Shown here piece after piece: positions 40,409 to 53,350 of a DNA stretch of 64,000 nt; the stretch's first letter is position 1; each line of letters begins with the position of its first letter. Below the pieces are notes generated by a model, which was not told the origin of the DNA, made no database searches, and was given only the letters and a program-made list of their open reading frames with translations. Both the position numbers and the translations under genes were made by a program. Source of the DNA: Callorhinchus milii (taxonomy: Eukaryota); assembly GCF_018977255.1 (NCBI RefSeq), contig NW_024704743.1:45944001-46008000 (forward strand), written 5' to 3'.

Positions 40409-40701
40409 TTTATTTAAAATATAACGTTGATTTTAAATGGTTCACACTACTGCAGAGAATAATTTGTGAACAACATTTCAGATTACAGATCTTCAAATTG
40501 AAGGGAGTTTCTTACAAAAAAACAGATTATCACCATTTTCCAATGCAGTGTTGCACACTCAAGTGAGGAAAATAGGTCCTGACGAGGAAACACCTGCAGT
40601 TGACAAATAAGGACCATAAGCTAGAGAAACATGAAAAGGAACCTTTCAAGACTTGCGAGACTTAGTGCATTCTGTAAACTTTTGGAAAGAAAAGGTTTAT
40701 T
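40409..40701 (-). promoter_or_regulatory. Candidate AZI2 polyadenylation signals (AATAAA on - strand at 40696-40701 and 40409-40414)
   Basis: tttatt on the + strand about 150 and 440 nt beyond the AZI2 stop codon; usage unverified. Confidence 0.35.
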
Positions 40702-40851
40702 TTTTAGAATTGCGATACTGCCCATAGGTGCATCAAACCACACTTATTGTCTGTCCTGTTAGAATCAGCTGCTCTTTTCTAGCTAGGTTTGCATTTCTAG
40801 ATCTGTATAGATAGGAGTTCCCACTTAACTGAAAGCTCACCAATACACAAC

Positions 40852-41273
40852 TCAGCTCCTGAACACTAATTCTGGATCATGTGTGCTCACACCAGGAATT
40901 TGCACAGCAGAGGAAGTGGCAGTATTTCCAGTGGTCCAGAATCCAGCTTGATTCGGCTTGATCATTGGTGAAGCTGCAAAAACCCATGAGTTATCATCAA
41001 ATGAATTCTTTCCACAAGAACCAATTTCGTCCAAAGCAGCACTACCAACAGGTGTGGGTCTCCGATTTATCCATGATGAAACAAGCTCTTCGGCAGATAA
41101 AACTGCCGTGCCCTGTTGAAACTGGCGAGTCCCGGTAAAGTTGGGTATTTGCACGTGACCACCCTCTGAAGAGCTACGTGATGCTCGATAAACTGCCCCA
41201 GTAGAATTAAGCTCCAGTTCGCTGCAGTCACGGACTAAGTCATCCAGACACTGAACTGGACCATGAAGCAAAG
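40852..41273 (-). CDS. AZI2: AZI2 (NAP1) terminal coding exon: (A)LLHGPVQCLDDLVRDCSEL...GKNSFDDNSWVFAASP...DPELVFRS*
   Basis: Acceptor tttctctgttttttccttag|, then open to TGA at 40852-40854. Motifs PVQCLDDLVRD and GKNSFDDNSWVF match recalled human AZI2 (PVGCSEDLGRD, GRNSLEDNSWVF). Phase 1 join (G+CT) with 45600. Confidence 0.94.
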
Positions 41274-42979
41274 CTAAGGAAAAAACAGAGAAATTATATT
41301 ATAAAACTGTGTAAAGTCAATCTCCTCCAGCACAAGCATCGAGTTTGGCTATTAACCCAAAAGGAATACAAAGGGACACATTGAAGTTCCAACAGCTCTG
41401 GAATTTTCCAAATCCCAAGGCAAGGTGCTGGCAGCTTTTCCTTGTGGGAATTAATAACAAAGAACATTTCAAATGTATTAAATATTAAAATAATTTGATT
41501 AGGTGATGTTATTTGCAGTTCAACCGCCACGTAACAAATGAGTGAGCTGGTGCAACAATGGGTGCCTATTCCTTCAAGCACAATATAGACAAAATGCAGG
41601 AGCCAAAGTCTTGGTCAAGTATCAGCTATCCTCATTATAATCTTACTCTAAACCAACTAGTGGAGGCAGCAACATTGGAAACAAGCGACATTTCAAATGT
41701 ATTAAACATTCAAATTGTCTGTTTATATTGCATTAGCTCAATGATATAATGAGATGTGCTGCACGAAAATCCAGCATAAATTTGTGTGCGAAGTCTAATC
41801 ACAGTGTGATTAAGATGAAGCCAGGCTTCCTATTGAGCTTGGAAAAGACAGTGAGTTCTGTTAAATAGAAGCATCAGTAGACAAAGTGTGTTGGTTTCAG
41901 TCACTAGGAAGAATCCAAGAAAGTTCTCGATGATCTTCATACCGAGGATGAGTTGATAAAAAGTTTTAAGCAAAAGCTGCTTCAATTGATTAAATCGATA
42001 TGCACAATGAAAAGAAATGCCCTCCAATTAGAGATAGAAAATGACTGAAAAATTTCAAACTCACTGAAAATGAAACAAATTTAACTGCACAGAAAAAATT
42101 TTTTTAAAAAAATTATACTTAATGTAAATAAAGGTATTAAAATCACCATTAGTAGACTCATCGAAGTTTTTCATATTTACAGAAGGAACACTGAGCACTA
42201 CTGTCAATTTGAGCTAAACAAGGAGTGTGAATCAGAACAAGGTTCTCACACTGGCATGAACCACTTCACCAAGATGGCTCTCGCATAATGTCAGCTTAGT
42301 AAAGGAATAAGTTGCAGTTGCATCACAACTACTTCAGCCCTGGATTCAATAGTTTAGATGAATGCTGGTTAGGTTTGTAAGTTTATAATGTGTCTCTCAA
42401 GTAGTTACAAGTTGTTGTATCAACATGCTTCAGACTATTCACATATGTATGTCACCCAAAATAAAATGTATGTCTCTCCCTAGAGGGAAGCACCCTGTTT
42501 ACCTAATTTCCGAGAATATCAGGCGCGGATTGGTGTGAGTCAAGGCTTGGGGACCCCGATGGTGTACTCTGGGGTACTGCTGGAGTGCCATTGAGAGTAA
42601 TGTCGTCCCACTACTTCACCAGCTAGGATCACCCTACTCATTAGGGCTTTGGGGTGCAGGGTTAACAGGAGTCTAATGGGAAGAATTCTTGCTCCAAAAT
42701 TTCTGCTCCACCCCCTCTAAGTCCTGCCAATTAATCAAGCTGGTTGGTCTGTGATGAACAGTGCTCTGGAGTACTACTGACTTTCCTGTCCCATGAACTA
42801 CTGAGACTGCCATAGAGTGCTATTACAACACTCTATTGCCAAGCACCTCACCTTGCAGCCAGCTCAGCTATAAGAAAACCGACCTGTTTACAGCCCTAGG
42901 AGTTTAGCTCATTTTTAAAAATACAATGCTCCAAATGTTCCCAAAGCCTCCTTCCCCCGAATCACAATACAAAATTATA

Positions 42980-43290
42980 CTTGTATTACATCTTTCACGT
43001 CAGGAGGATGTACCAAGGCGCTGGACAGTTAAGGATTTGGACCCAAGCAGGGAGTTGGACCCAAGCAGGGAGTTGGGATCAGGGGGTGTTGCCGAAGGCA
43101 CGGCCGAAGAGGAGGGTCTTGAAATGTGCCATGAAAGCGGCAAGGGAGGGAGCAAGGCGAAGGGAATGTGGGATTGAGTTCCTAAGGTTGGGGGCAGAGA
43201 AGCTGAAGGCCCAACCGGCGATAGTGGGGCAGGCTGCAGTCTTTTGAGCGGAGGGAGTGGTCAGGTTGATATGGGTTAGCAGGTCACCTC
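42980..43290 (-). mobile_element. L2 LINE 3' fragment containing an 18-nt tandem duplication (ttggacccaagcagggag x2)
   Basis: Reverse complement of the L2 3' end seen at 54450-54735. Confidence 0.88.
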
Positions 43291-44644
43291 ACTTAATGGT
43301 GGAGTATTTGTAAGCGGAGGCTGAATGAATGAGAAACAATACAGCAACATAAGATGTGATTCTTTTCAAGACAGAAAACGTAATAAATAATAATCCTTCC
43401 ATTCAGTACAGAGCATTTCACATCAGGAGGATGTTTCAAAGCGTTTCACAGAATTTACTGTAAAATGTAGTGCTGTTAATTTGTTGTTGTTGGCTGTATT
43501 ATGTAGGTAAACATGGCAGCCACAAGAATGGAGTTCAGGCTTAAAAATTATCTGCATTATTATTATTACTGTTGTTATTATTATACCACTGCCATCCTAC
43601 TTAACATTCACAGTAAGAAACTGATTTTCACCCTTTCATGCCTTTTTATGATGGTGCTGAGGAGAAGGATGTGCACAGCCTCTAAAGAACCCCCTCCTTT
43701 GCACCCCTTATACAGAGAAATATTTTATAATTCAAAATATTATAGTCTTCATTAAAGATACATCTAAAAATCCAAAATTACAGCAAATATAGAATTAATT
43801 CATATTTTTTTCAGTGCTGAACAGAAATAGGCTTCCCAATAATTTAAAGGTTTATACTACAAACCAAAAACCAAAACCAATAATAAATTGGTCATTTTCA
43901 ATCTACGACTGTTTGTGGGACATTGCTGTGCGCAATTGGCTGCCGCGTTTGCCCACAAATATACAGTCAATTCACTTTACAGTGTGTTCTGTGAAGCGCT
44001 TTGGGACGTCCTCCTGACGTGAAAAGCGCTATATCAAATGCAAGGATTATTATTATTATTATTATTACATATACCAAGTGTTACAGGTATCTGGTGAAAA
44101 GTGTTTAGCCTTAGATAATGCATGGATGTATATATCGCTGGTTCTGTCAAATAATATAAAATAAATAATAATAATATGGTCACTCAGTCCATGACTGTTT
44201 GTGGGACCTGCTATGCACAATTGGCTGATGCGTTTCGCCCACAAAACATAGTCAATTCACTTTACAGTATATCCTGTGAAGCGCTTTGAACATCTAGATG
44301 ACGTGATAAGGTGCTATATCAAATGCAAGGATTATTATTATTAAATTCAGCTTATTTACATTGCCAAATGGACTTGACCAAACCTACAGCAACAAGAAAC
44401 TGTAGGAGCAGTTTCACGCTTGAAATTCATTAAGCTTGGTTTTCTGGTCACGCCTTCCCACATTAATGGCCTGCATGTATGGTCTTTTTTCCAGTGTTGT
44501 CTAACAAATACATTTTTCAGGTGAAAAGACAGATTTAGTGCAATTAATACAGTACATGACCTGGAGAAGACCGCCCTTCAAAATGGGTCTTCATTAAATA
44601 AAAGGAAAAATTGCCCCATTACATCACCATTATTCGTAAAAAGA

Positions 44645-44915
44645 CATCTCTGAGATGTCTCAAAATGCTTCACACGATATCCTGTAAAATGAATTAACTG
44701 TATTTTTCTGTGGGCAAAATACAGCAGCTAATTGCGACAGCAGTGTCATACAAACAATAGTGGATTGAGTTACCCAATTTATTATTATTATTTCTTTTGA
44801 AGGAATTATTACCCCCGGAAAAACGATCCACCAATCGACTAACATCCGGGTTCCTACTTACTGCTAGGTAAGCAACGGCACGTGGAGTTAGGAAACTTGC
44901 CCAATATTTCGCCCT
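44645..44915 (-). mobile_element. SINE family A, headless copy; other partial copies at about 4640-4745, 11820-12025, 16940-17048, 17962-18037, 33080-33390, 36830-36925, 37697-37960, 43880-44065, 44165-44342, 54742-54905, 57090-57290, 58815-58880
   Basis: Reverse complement of the family middle (ccgggttcctacttactgctaggtaa...ggaaacttgcccaa) and tail. Confidence 0.85.
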
Positions 44916-45599
44916 TTTGAGAACATTAAACAAAGTTTCCATTTTTCTGTTCTGGTGGACATTAAAGACTTTTTTTGGCTAACAATCTTCCATATACAAA
45001 ATAGGTCATCAACTTCATGGCTATTTCTGAGGCAATGCTGTGCGCAAGTGTTCTTCCTCCTGACGTAAAAGACCCTATACAAATGTAATTTGTTGTTGTT
45101 GTATTCCCCTGCAAATAGTCACTATACTTTATAGAAAACTCTGTAACGCTTTGAGATGGTTTAATGCAATAAGGTGCTATATTAAATGTAAACACCATTT
45201 AAAAGGCTAATGTTAAAAACAAAAATCAAATTCTGATTGCTCTGTAGGTTGAAATGTGGGACGTAAAGGTTGCTGAATAGCTTGGCTGACACCTCAGTGT
45301 TACTTGCAAAGGCTACTTGATGTAGTGATGTTTAAACTGTGGAGAAGAAGCCACAAGGGGTACACAAAAAATAGAAACTACAATATGTTTTTGTACATGA
45401 GCAACACCTTTTATGTGTGAAGCCAATCAGTATAAAATAGACAGAACCAATATATACAAAAAAGACAGTAGCTTGTGTATTTAGACTTATCAGCTAATCG
45501 TGAGATGTTGAGAAGATATCTGATGGCTGCTGTTTTATTGGCATTGATAGGATCAGTGGTTAAAGACAGACCATTTCCCCCTCACACACTACATCTTAC

Positions 45600-45724
45600 C
45601 ATTCTTGGTTGAACCTTGTGTGGCTAACAGTTTTTGCAGAAGTTCCGCTTGCACTTTTGCCACCATACGTACATTAGACATTTCTTTCTTCAGCTCCTGG
45701 TATGCTTTTTGTAGACCAACTTCT
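45600..45724 (-). CDS. AZI2: AZI2 penultimate exon (125 nt), TBK1/IKKe-binding domain: EVGLQKAYQELKKEMSNVRMVAKVQAELLQKLLATQGSTKN
   Basis: Acceptor tttttttttatttcag|, donor G|gtaaga. Matches recalled human AYWELKREMSNLHLVTQVQAELLRKL. Phases 2 and 1 fit both neighbouring exons. Confidence 0.96.
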
Positions 45725-46497
45725 CTGAAATAAAAAAAAACATCAGCTCTAGCTCGTCAAAACAAAATGTTTTTAAAATGTGAACAAAATGTTTTTATAA
45801 CATGAAATAAATGGATGTTTCCGAGTATTGGTAAAGGGAGGGTGAAGGGTTATTGAAAACACGTGACAAAGCCTTATTGTCACAGAATGCAGATCATTCA
45901 GTCATACAGCCTCAGAAACAGGCCATTTGATTCATCAAGTTTGTGCTGGTGTTCTCTCCACACAAGGCACCTAATCTGAAAAGAAAATTCCATTCTCCAG
46001 CTCGCTCCCCAAACCCCTGACTGTTCTTCTTTCAAGCATCTAATTCTTTTTTTATTGAATTTATGGACACAAAAACATTTATGGCAAAAACATTTCAAAC
46101 ACCCCATATGGGAAGATTTGTTGTTCTAATCTATTGACATGAAGGCATGTTTTTCTAACACAGGAAAATAATTAACTATTCTCTTCTTTCAATAAGTATA
46201 TTTTCATTATGTTTTAAAACATTACAATCTAACATTGTTTTACTGACTTACTGCCAACAAAATACATGGCAACAAAACACAAGGTAAATCCAAAAAATAC
46301 TCTTTACAGTAAATCCTGTGAAGTATTTGAAATGTTCTCCCAACGTAAAAGGCGCTGTATCAAATGCAGACCAGTTTCCCCTCACAAATCAAATACTGCT
46401 TATTATTAATCATCACTCTTAACTTTTTTTTCCCTGAGACTTGAGGTTTAAAATTGTAGCCAGTGGCTATCATAATCTAAATTACATTGGCCCACGT

Positions 46498-46875
46498 GGA
46501 ATCCTGCAGCCTAGCGGTTAGAGAACTCGCCTCGCAAGCGAGAAGACTTGGATTCCTTCCCATGCAGCGCAAAACCATAAGCAAGTTGTTTCCTTACTCC
46601 ACACGCCTATATTTACCTAGCAGTAAATAGGAACCCGGTTATTGGCGGATCGCTTTCCGGGAGTAATAATCCCTTCAAAAACAATAAATAAATAGTAATA
46701 ATAATAATTTAGTAATTCAATCCTCGTCTGTTTGCAGGACAATGCTGTGCGCAATTGGTTGCCCCGTTTCACCCACAACATATACAGTCAATTAAATTTA
46801 CAATATATTCTGTGTTTTGAGACGTTTCAATGACATAATAAGGCGATATATCAAATGCAACAATATATTATTACT
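46498..46875 (+). mobile_element. SINE family A, full length
   Basis: Head, middle and tail all align by eye to 62483-62820. Confidence 0.88.
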
Positions 46876-48198
46876 ATGTTATAAAATTTAGTGTCAAATT
46901 GGTTGTTGCATCAGTCCAGTGCTTGCAAATTGAAAGGTGGACATAGAATTCAAAATTAATTCAACATTATGGCCAAGCAGAACCATACTAGAAGGAGCTC
47001 TCAAAAATATGAATTGACAAGGCCTACCCTTTCCAGGAAGCTGATTGCTCAAAATCTGTCCTCTCAAATTATTATTGCACTTAAATCTTCAGTTTTAAAT
47101 TGTTGCGGCTGATGAACAAACTTCCAGTTAGTGATGTCTTAATTTGATATCTTTTGACCCCTGAAAATTCTCTGTATTTAGGCCTAGGACTATAGAATTC
47201 ATAAATATTGAATTGTTCCTCTTCCAATTCTGTTCTCTCTTTCCCTAAATAAAGTGTGGCACTATCCAAGTAGTCCTCATCCTGGTCAATGTGGAATTAA
47301 CAGTTAAGTCATTAACTGACTCCCGTTGCTCTAAATTTAGTGCAAAATAACTAACCCTTCCTTCGAATGAGATGTTAAATTGAGGTGGAGTTTAAAATGA
47401 GTTATTCCTTCATACACATTTGCGGGACAATGCTGCTGCAAATTGGCTGCTGCTAGAAATATACAACCATTTACAGAAAACTTTGTATGGTGCTTTCATA
47501 AGTTTTGATGCGATAAGATGTTATATCAAATGCAAGGATTATTATCATATTAGAATTAGTAACTAGACTTGAATGTGTTCAAATTCAGTTCATTTGGGAT
47601 CCTAAAATGTAGCTGAGCAATTTTCTGCCCAGTTCAACCATAAGTCAAAAGTTAGTATTTTTCATTCTGAAAGAGGTACTGCATTCTTCACAAGTTATTT
47701 TTAAACTGGGGCAAAAAAGGTGATGAATAGTGGTACATTTTTTAAAAAATTCCTTAACCTATTTAGAGCCATTACTTTACAGCTGATAAGATTTAAACAA
47801 ATTAATTTTGTGATATGTGAGTAAATTGGCTGCTGTGTGTTTACAAAATACAGAGTCATGATACTGCAGTATATCCTGTGAAGCAGTTTGAGATGCTTCC
47901 CTTACAATTTAAATGTAAGGATTATTATTATTAGGAGATACACAAGATGGGTCCGAGGGAGTAATTTTCCTTTCCATGAAAAGTTAACTAGTTCTACAAC
48001 AGCATATCTGAAATTGGTAAATAAATCAGTGCAAATGCTACCCCCAAATAATAAATATTTCCAGATACAAAGTGGGATCTAATTCTGATTCAAGCATTCA
48101 AATCAGAGACAAAATTTTGATCTATAGTTCAAAACAAGTGAATATTAGATGTGGACACTAACAACACCACCAAGTTGTCCTCCCAATGTGAAAGCTGC

Positions 48199-48220
48199 TA
48201 TATATATATATATATATATA
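48199..48220. repeat. (TA)n microsatellite; a TA/CA tract also lies at about 51588-51615 and an AATTAT-rich low-complexity tract at about 35080-35130
   Basis: Read directly from the sequence. Confidence 0.9.
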
Positions 48221-51200
48221 AATAACAACCAGGATATGAGAATGGTGTGTATATGGAACTAGATTTAAAGTAAATGGTTTATTAGATATTGTGCGGATAC
48301 TAACTTAACTATATACTACAAGATGAAAGGTAACTATATCTGGAGGTTACAGTGTAGCTTAACTTAACTAAAATCAGGGCGTTTTCAGCTCAAAACTGTA
48401 CACATAAAGTCACCACCTGTCCTGACAAAGAACCATTTTCAAAAGAACAACCACCTTTTTTTCCCAATGCTATCGCTACATCTTCACACTTTCAAGTTTT
48501 TTTCTGAGCAATGACTTGACCATACAAAGTTGTTCAGCTGTGCTGGAGCTCCTCCTAGAGGAGACATTTGCAATTTTGATTATACTGAAAATCTGTGGTA
48601 ATGTTTACACAGACAACAATAAAACAATCTGATACAGCAATACATGTCAAAATGTCTCAAAGCACTTCACGTTATTTACTGTTAAGTAATGACTGTGTGT
48701 TTTGGACTTGAACACGGCAGCCAATTTGTACACAACAAGGTCCTACAAGCAGATATGAAGTGAAACACCAATTTTATCTGGAGGATTAATGGCCAGGACA
48801 CCGGGAGAAACTCCTTTACTCTTTTCAAGTAGTACAATGGGATCTTTAACATGAACCTGAACAGGCAGATTGAACTTTGGTTTAACATCTAATATCATGG
48901 GTGATATCTCTGACCATGTAGTGCTTCCCCAGCAATGCAATGTTGATGTTATGGGAGGAAGAAAGGAATGGGTGAAGTCTTGCGTGGAGTGTAAACACCG
49001 GCACGGCACAGACTGGATGGGCCAAGTGCTGTGTTTCCGTGCTGTATATTCTTTGTAATCATCTATGTAATGTACTTCTATTATCTATTCTCTCTATTCT
49101 CTAAGAAAATGTTGTATTAAAATATCTGATTTAGCAGTCTTTGTTAACATTATTTTCTTTTTCCATCATTGTGCTACAACGCACTTGACCCAATTATAGA
49201 ATTCCACTGCTCAGGCCTTATTCACTCAAGCATAATACTTTTTAGCATTTATCTTAATTCAAACTGCATTTATAACTAACTTATTCTCTGTAACTATTAA
49301 TGCTAGTACCAATATTATTCCACTTATGGTTACCGAATGATTGTACTATTCCATAAGTAACAATAATTCCAATCTTGCTGGGGTAAAGGGAGGAGTCACC
49401 CGTAGATGGAAGGAATTCAGTTTGTCAGTGCAGAATGGCTGAATGTTAAAGAAGTTTTGCCCGATGGCTTTGGATTTAGGGCATTTCTTTGCAATAGTTT
49501 ATGTCTGGAATATATGAGTGGATGAGGTCAATGATAGGCTATGTTTTGAGTAGCCTTGGAAGGTGTTGGCTGGGTGGGCTAAATGACTTTAATAGAAGAC
49601 AACGAGATTCATTTTTCAAGAGATATTCATACATCTTAAAATTCATTGCCCACATAACGCACTATGCAGACGCTGTAATCATCTGATCTGCTTCCTACTG
49701 CTGCAAATCTCCCAGTACAACAATTGCCTCCAATCAAAGTCCAAAGCTGTGCATCAGAGCACGTGATTCAAATCCAAGCTGTGTGGGCCACTGTCAGAGC
49801 TGCCAAAACCACACCAACATTTACCATTGCTCTCTTTTCTCAGTTAAATCTCAGATTCAGGATCATTGATTGTGGAGGGCAAAGATAATCCCAGGCTCCT
49901 CTTCACCACTACCAACCACCTCCTGTCCTGCACCCTCTCCATTCTCACCTCTAACTTCAAATGTGAAGTCATGGACTTCCTGGTGTCCCAAATTGACAAG
50001 CTCCACTCAGGTGCTTTTACTTCCTCCCCCTCACTTCCCCTCCTCTACCCCACTTTTGATCCCATCTCCCCCTCTTCCCACATGAAATCCACCACCTTGC
50101 CCCCATTCCCACATTGCTTCAGTCCACTCAGCTTCAACTGAGTAGCCAATATCAACATCCCTGTTAGCCAATGTCATCAACCTCCCTTTTTTTTCCTAGA
50201 GGAGTACCTTTCATTTCCAAAACTAATGTCATGACCCCCGTTCTCAAAAAATCTTCACTGGACCCCTTCCAGCACTGCAGTTACTGCCCATTCCACCCCA
50301 CCGTTGGTGAACAAAGCCTTTTGCCCCTTCCCTCCAGAACTCTCTTCTGAAATCCCTCCACCTGGACAATCCCTCTCCATTTTCAAATTCTATCTGAAGA
50401 TCTATTTCTTTGATTGCTCTGTCAGCTATCTCCTCCCCGCCCTGCTTCCCAGATCAAGTTTCTGCTCAGTCTTAAAGCCCCTGAGATGGTCTCCCAATGT
50501 GAAAAGCCTTATAAGCATAAATTGTTGCTCACTGCAAAAAGTGAAGAGGAACACTTTGCACATAGTCAACAGAAAACATCCTCTGCCTTTCATGAACATT
50601 CCCCCTTAATTGCTTAAGATATATCTAAGCAATGTTTACAAGTAAGCACTCATAACTGACAAAAAAAAACTTTCCTCATTATACAACACACACTACCAAC
50701 AAATGTGGTCCACACCTTTTCTTGCAATTGGTATAGTAATGTGCGTCAATGGAAAAAAGGGCATGAACTGCTGAGCCAGGTGGTATTATAACAGTATGCC
50801 ACAAGCTTTTTCATCTTATTTATGAGGTTATGTAATCACTAAATGTGCTAACTGTCCAAACTGTCAATTAACTAGATATGTTTGATATGCAACACCGTAC
50901 ATCAAATATTTAACAGAATTCCACTGCAGTTCTTATTCGCTCATGGCACAGCTGCATTTTGTTTAGCAAACCTAAAATGTAGTCTACGTACCTTAGCTAT
51001 AGGTTACCTTGTAGCTTGCTGCACCCAATGGTCTCAATGAAAAAATGGTCAATTTCCAGTTCATGAAATCGCCATTGACGTCGCTTACTGAGCATTGATT
51101 CAGCTGCATTTCCTGCATGTGACGCGCATGCAGTACATGCAGTGAGTGACGTTACCAGCAAAACATCAGCAAGACCTAACTTCCTTGAACCCGGCCACTT

Positions 51201-53159
51201 TATGCAGGAGCTAGCTTTACAGTGTCCTGGCTGTCCAGCATAGACCTACACTATTTTTGGTCAGCCAGGTGTCTAAAACGTGTGGAAACCCACCATCATG
51301 CTTAAGAGAATCCAACCAGACAGAGTGCCATGTAGGCCACCCACACATGGAAATTCCAGTGTTTGGAATGGAATGCACACTCTCTCCCCGGAGGATGCAC
51401 CTTGCTTACCAAATTCTGGAGTTTAACCAGCTAAAACTGCATAGCTTAGCTGTCCCTTGAGGTCCTATTGCTGAGCCAAGCTAGCTGGACTGTCATCAGC
51501 AGTGGCTCGGAGTACTGCAGACCTGCCTGGCTCAGGGACCTACACAATACCAAGACAGACGTCCAATTCAGAGTTCCCCTGTATGTAATATATATATAAT
51601 ATATATACACACACAAACCAAGTTGACAAAGTCTGCTGAAATACATGTTTTAATAATTAGTTAAATACACTGCAACAGAAAAGACATAGAATAGGTAACA
51701 ATTGCATGTTACAGGGATTTAAATAACTGCTTCCACTGCAGATTTTAACTCAAACCAGTGAAATTATGTTCTCTGAATACCTCACGTATTTTGAATACCC
51801 ACACTCTACAATAGAAATTCAATCTCCATTTATTAAGCCATCACTGTATATAATGTAATTTTTCATATATTACCTGTATCAACCCCCCTGCATACAATTG
51901 TAGAATTGATACAGGAGTGAGGCTTGAGTCGCATCTATCAAAGGGATTTCCATTACCTCACCAGTACATGTAATTGACTGGACCAGATGATGATATTTAG
52001 GAGGTTATAGAAGAGAACTAGGGAAGATAGAGAAGCATAGCAAGGCATTGGAGATCTATTCCTAACAGCTCTGGTTATAACCATTTATAACTTCTCTTAA
52101 ATAAAGCAAATGTTTATATAGCATCCTATTCATTTACCAAGGTTTTACAGAAACAGCAGCACAGCACACCAATCATATCTGTGCCATGTTAACTTGCTGC
52201 TAAGGCTATCGACTCTAATTCAATTTCTGTTTATTCCCATGTACTCAATCTAAGATAGTGATATGAATTTGCAATTGCACAATTTCAGACTTTATGATGG
52301 CAGATTGAAATATAAAAGATTAGTTGAAATATGTAAAACATTAGATACTATTACTTTCAAATGAGGCATTCATTAATTTGGTACTATTGTTGGAATAATT
52401 CAAAATATTTCACCATCAATCTATTGAATGCAACTTATTATGCAAAACTAAAGTACTATAATGTTATCGTTATAAGGTCTCCATTTTACATGTGAACAGA
52501 CTAATTAGTCTGCAAGTATTTCCACCCGAAGCTTTAAGTTTTTAAAAAAATGTTTTCATGAAGCCTCACCTATCTTTATTGCATATATACTGTAATTGTA
52601 TGAGAAAACTGGATCATATAAATCATGAATGGCAAATTTACAGCCCACAGTCCATATTACACATGTGTAAAATAGTCACGCTAAGTAAGTCGTCCATCCC
52701 TGATATAAATCACTCAGTTGGGAGAGAAAAAAAACAAGAAAAAGACTGGGATATCAGCCTCTCTCAGTTGGTAGCACTCTCGCCTCTGAATCAAAAGGTT
52801 GTGGGGTTTAACCCCATGCCAGAACATTGAATTGACATAGTCCGTTAGTCCATAGGTTGACACTGCAAATCAGTGTTGAGGGTGTGCTGCATTATTGGAG
52901 GTGCTGTCCTTCAGATTAAACTTAGATCCTGTCTGCCTGTTCTGGTGGATACGGCATTATACATAAATTATGACAACTATTCATAATTTATACCAAATTA
53001 TAACAATAAAAAACCCTCAAACTTCTGTGCATTTTGTAAATGGATTTTTTTGGGATCAGCCTACTGTCAACACATACAGAATCCATGCTTAAGAGCATCC
53101 AAACCAAACATAGTTCCCTGCATCCCACCTACACATGGAAATTCCAGAGATGTATATTG

Positions 53160-53350
53160 GAACATAGGAACAGGATTAGGCCATTCAGCCGACTGAGCCT
53201 GTTCTGCGATTCTATTAGATCGTGGCTGATCTGTACCTCAACTCCATTTACCCGCCTTTGGTCCACATTCCTTGATACCCTTACCTAACAAAGATCTATT
53301 CACCTCAGTCTTGAAAATTTCAATTGATCCCACATCCACAGCCTTTTGGG
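53160..53350 (-). mobile_element. CR1 LINE 3' fragment
   Basis: Reverse complement of the same CR1 3' end (aacataggaacagga..ggccattcagcc...ggctgatctgtacctcaactcc...atccacagccttttggg). Confidence 0.85.

Noticed and set aside
47081..47281. Possible alternative AZI2 terminal exon (DEDYLDSATLYLGKERTELEEEQ...)
   Set aside because: Poor polypyrimidine tract, and its open frame needs phase 0 whereas the host intron is phase 2.
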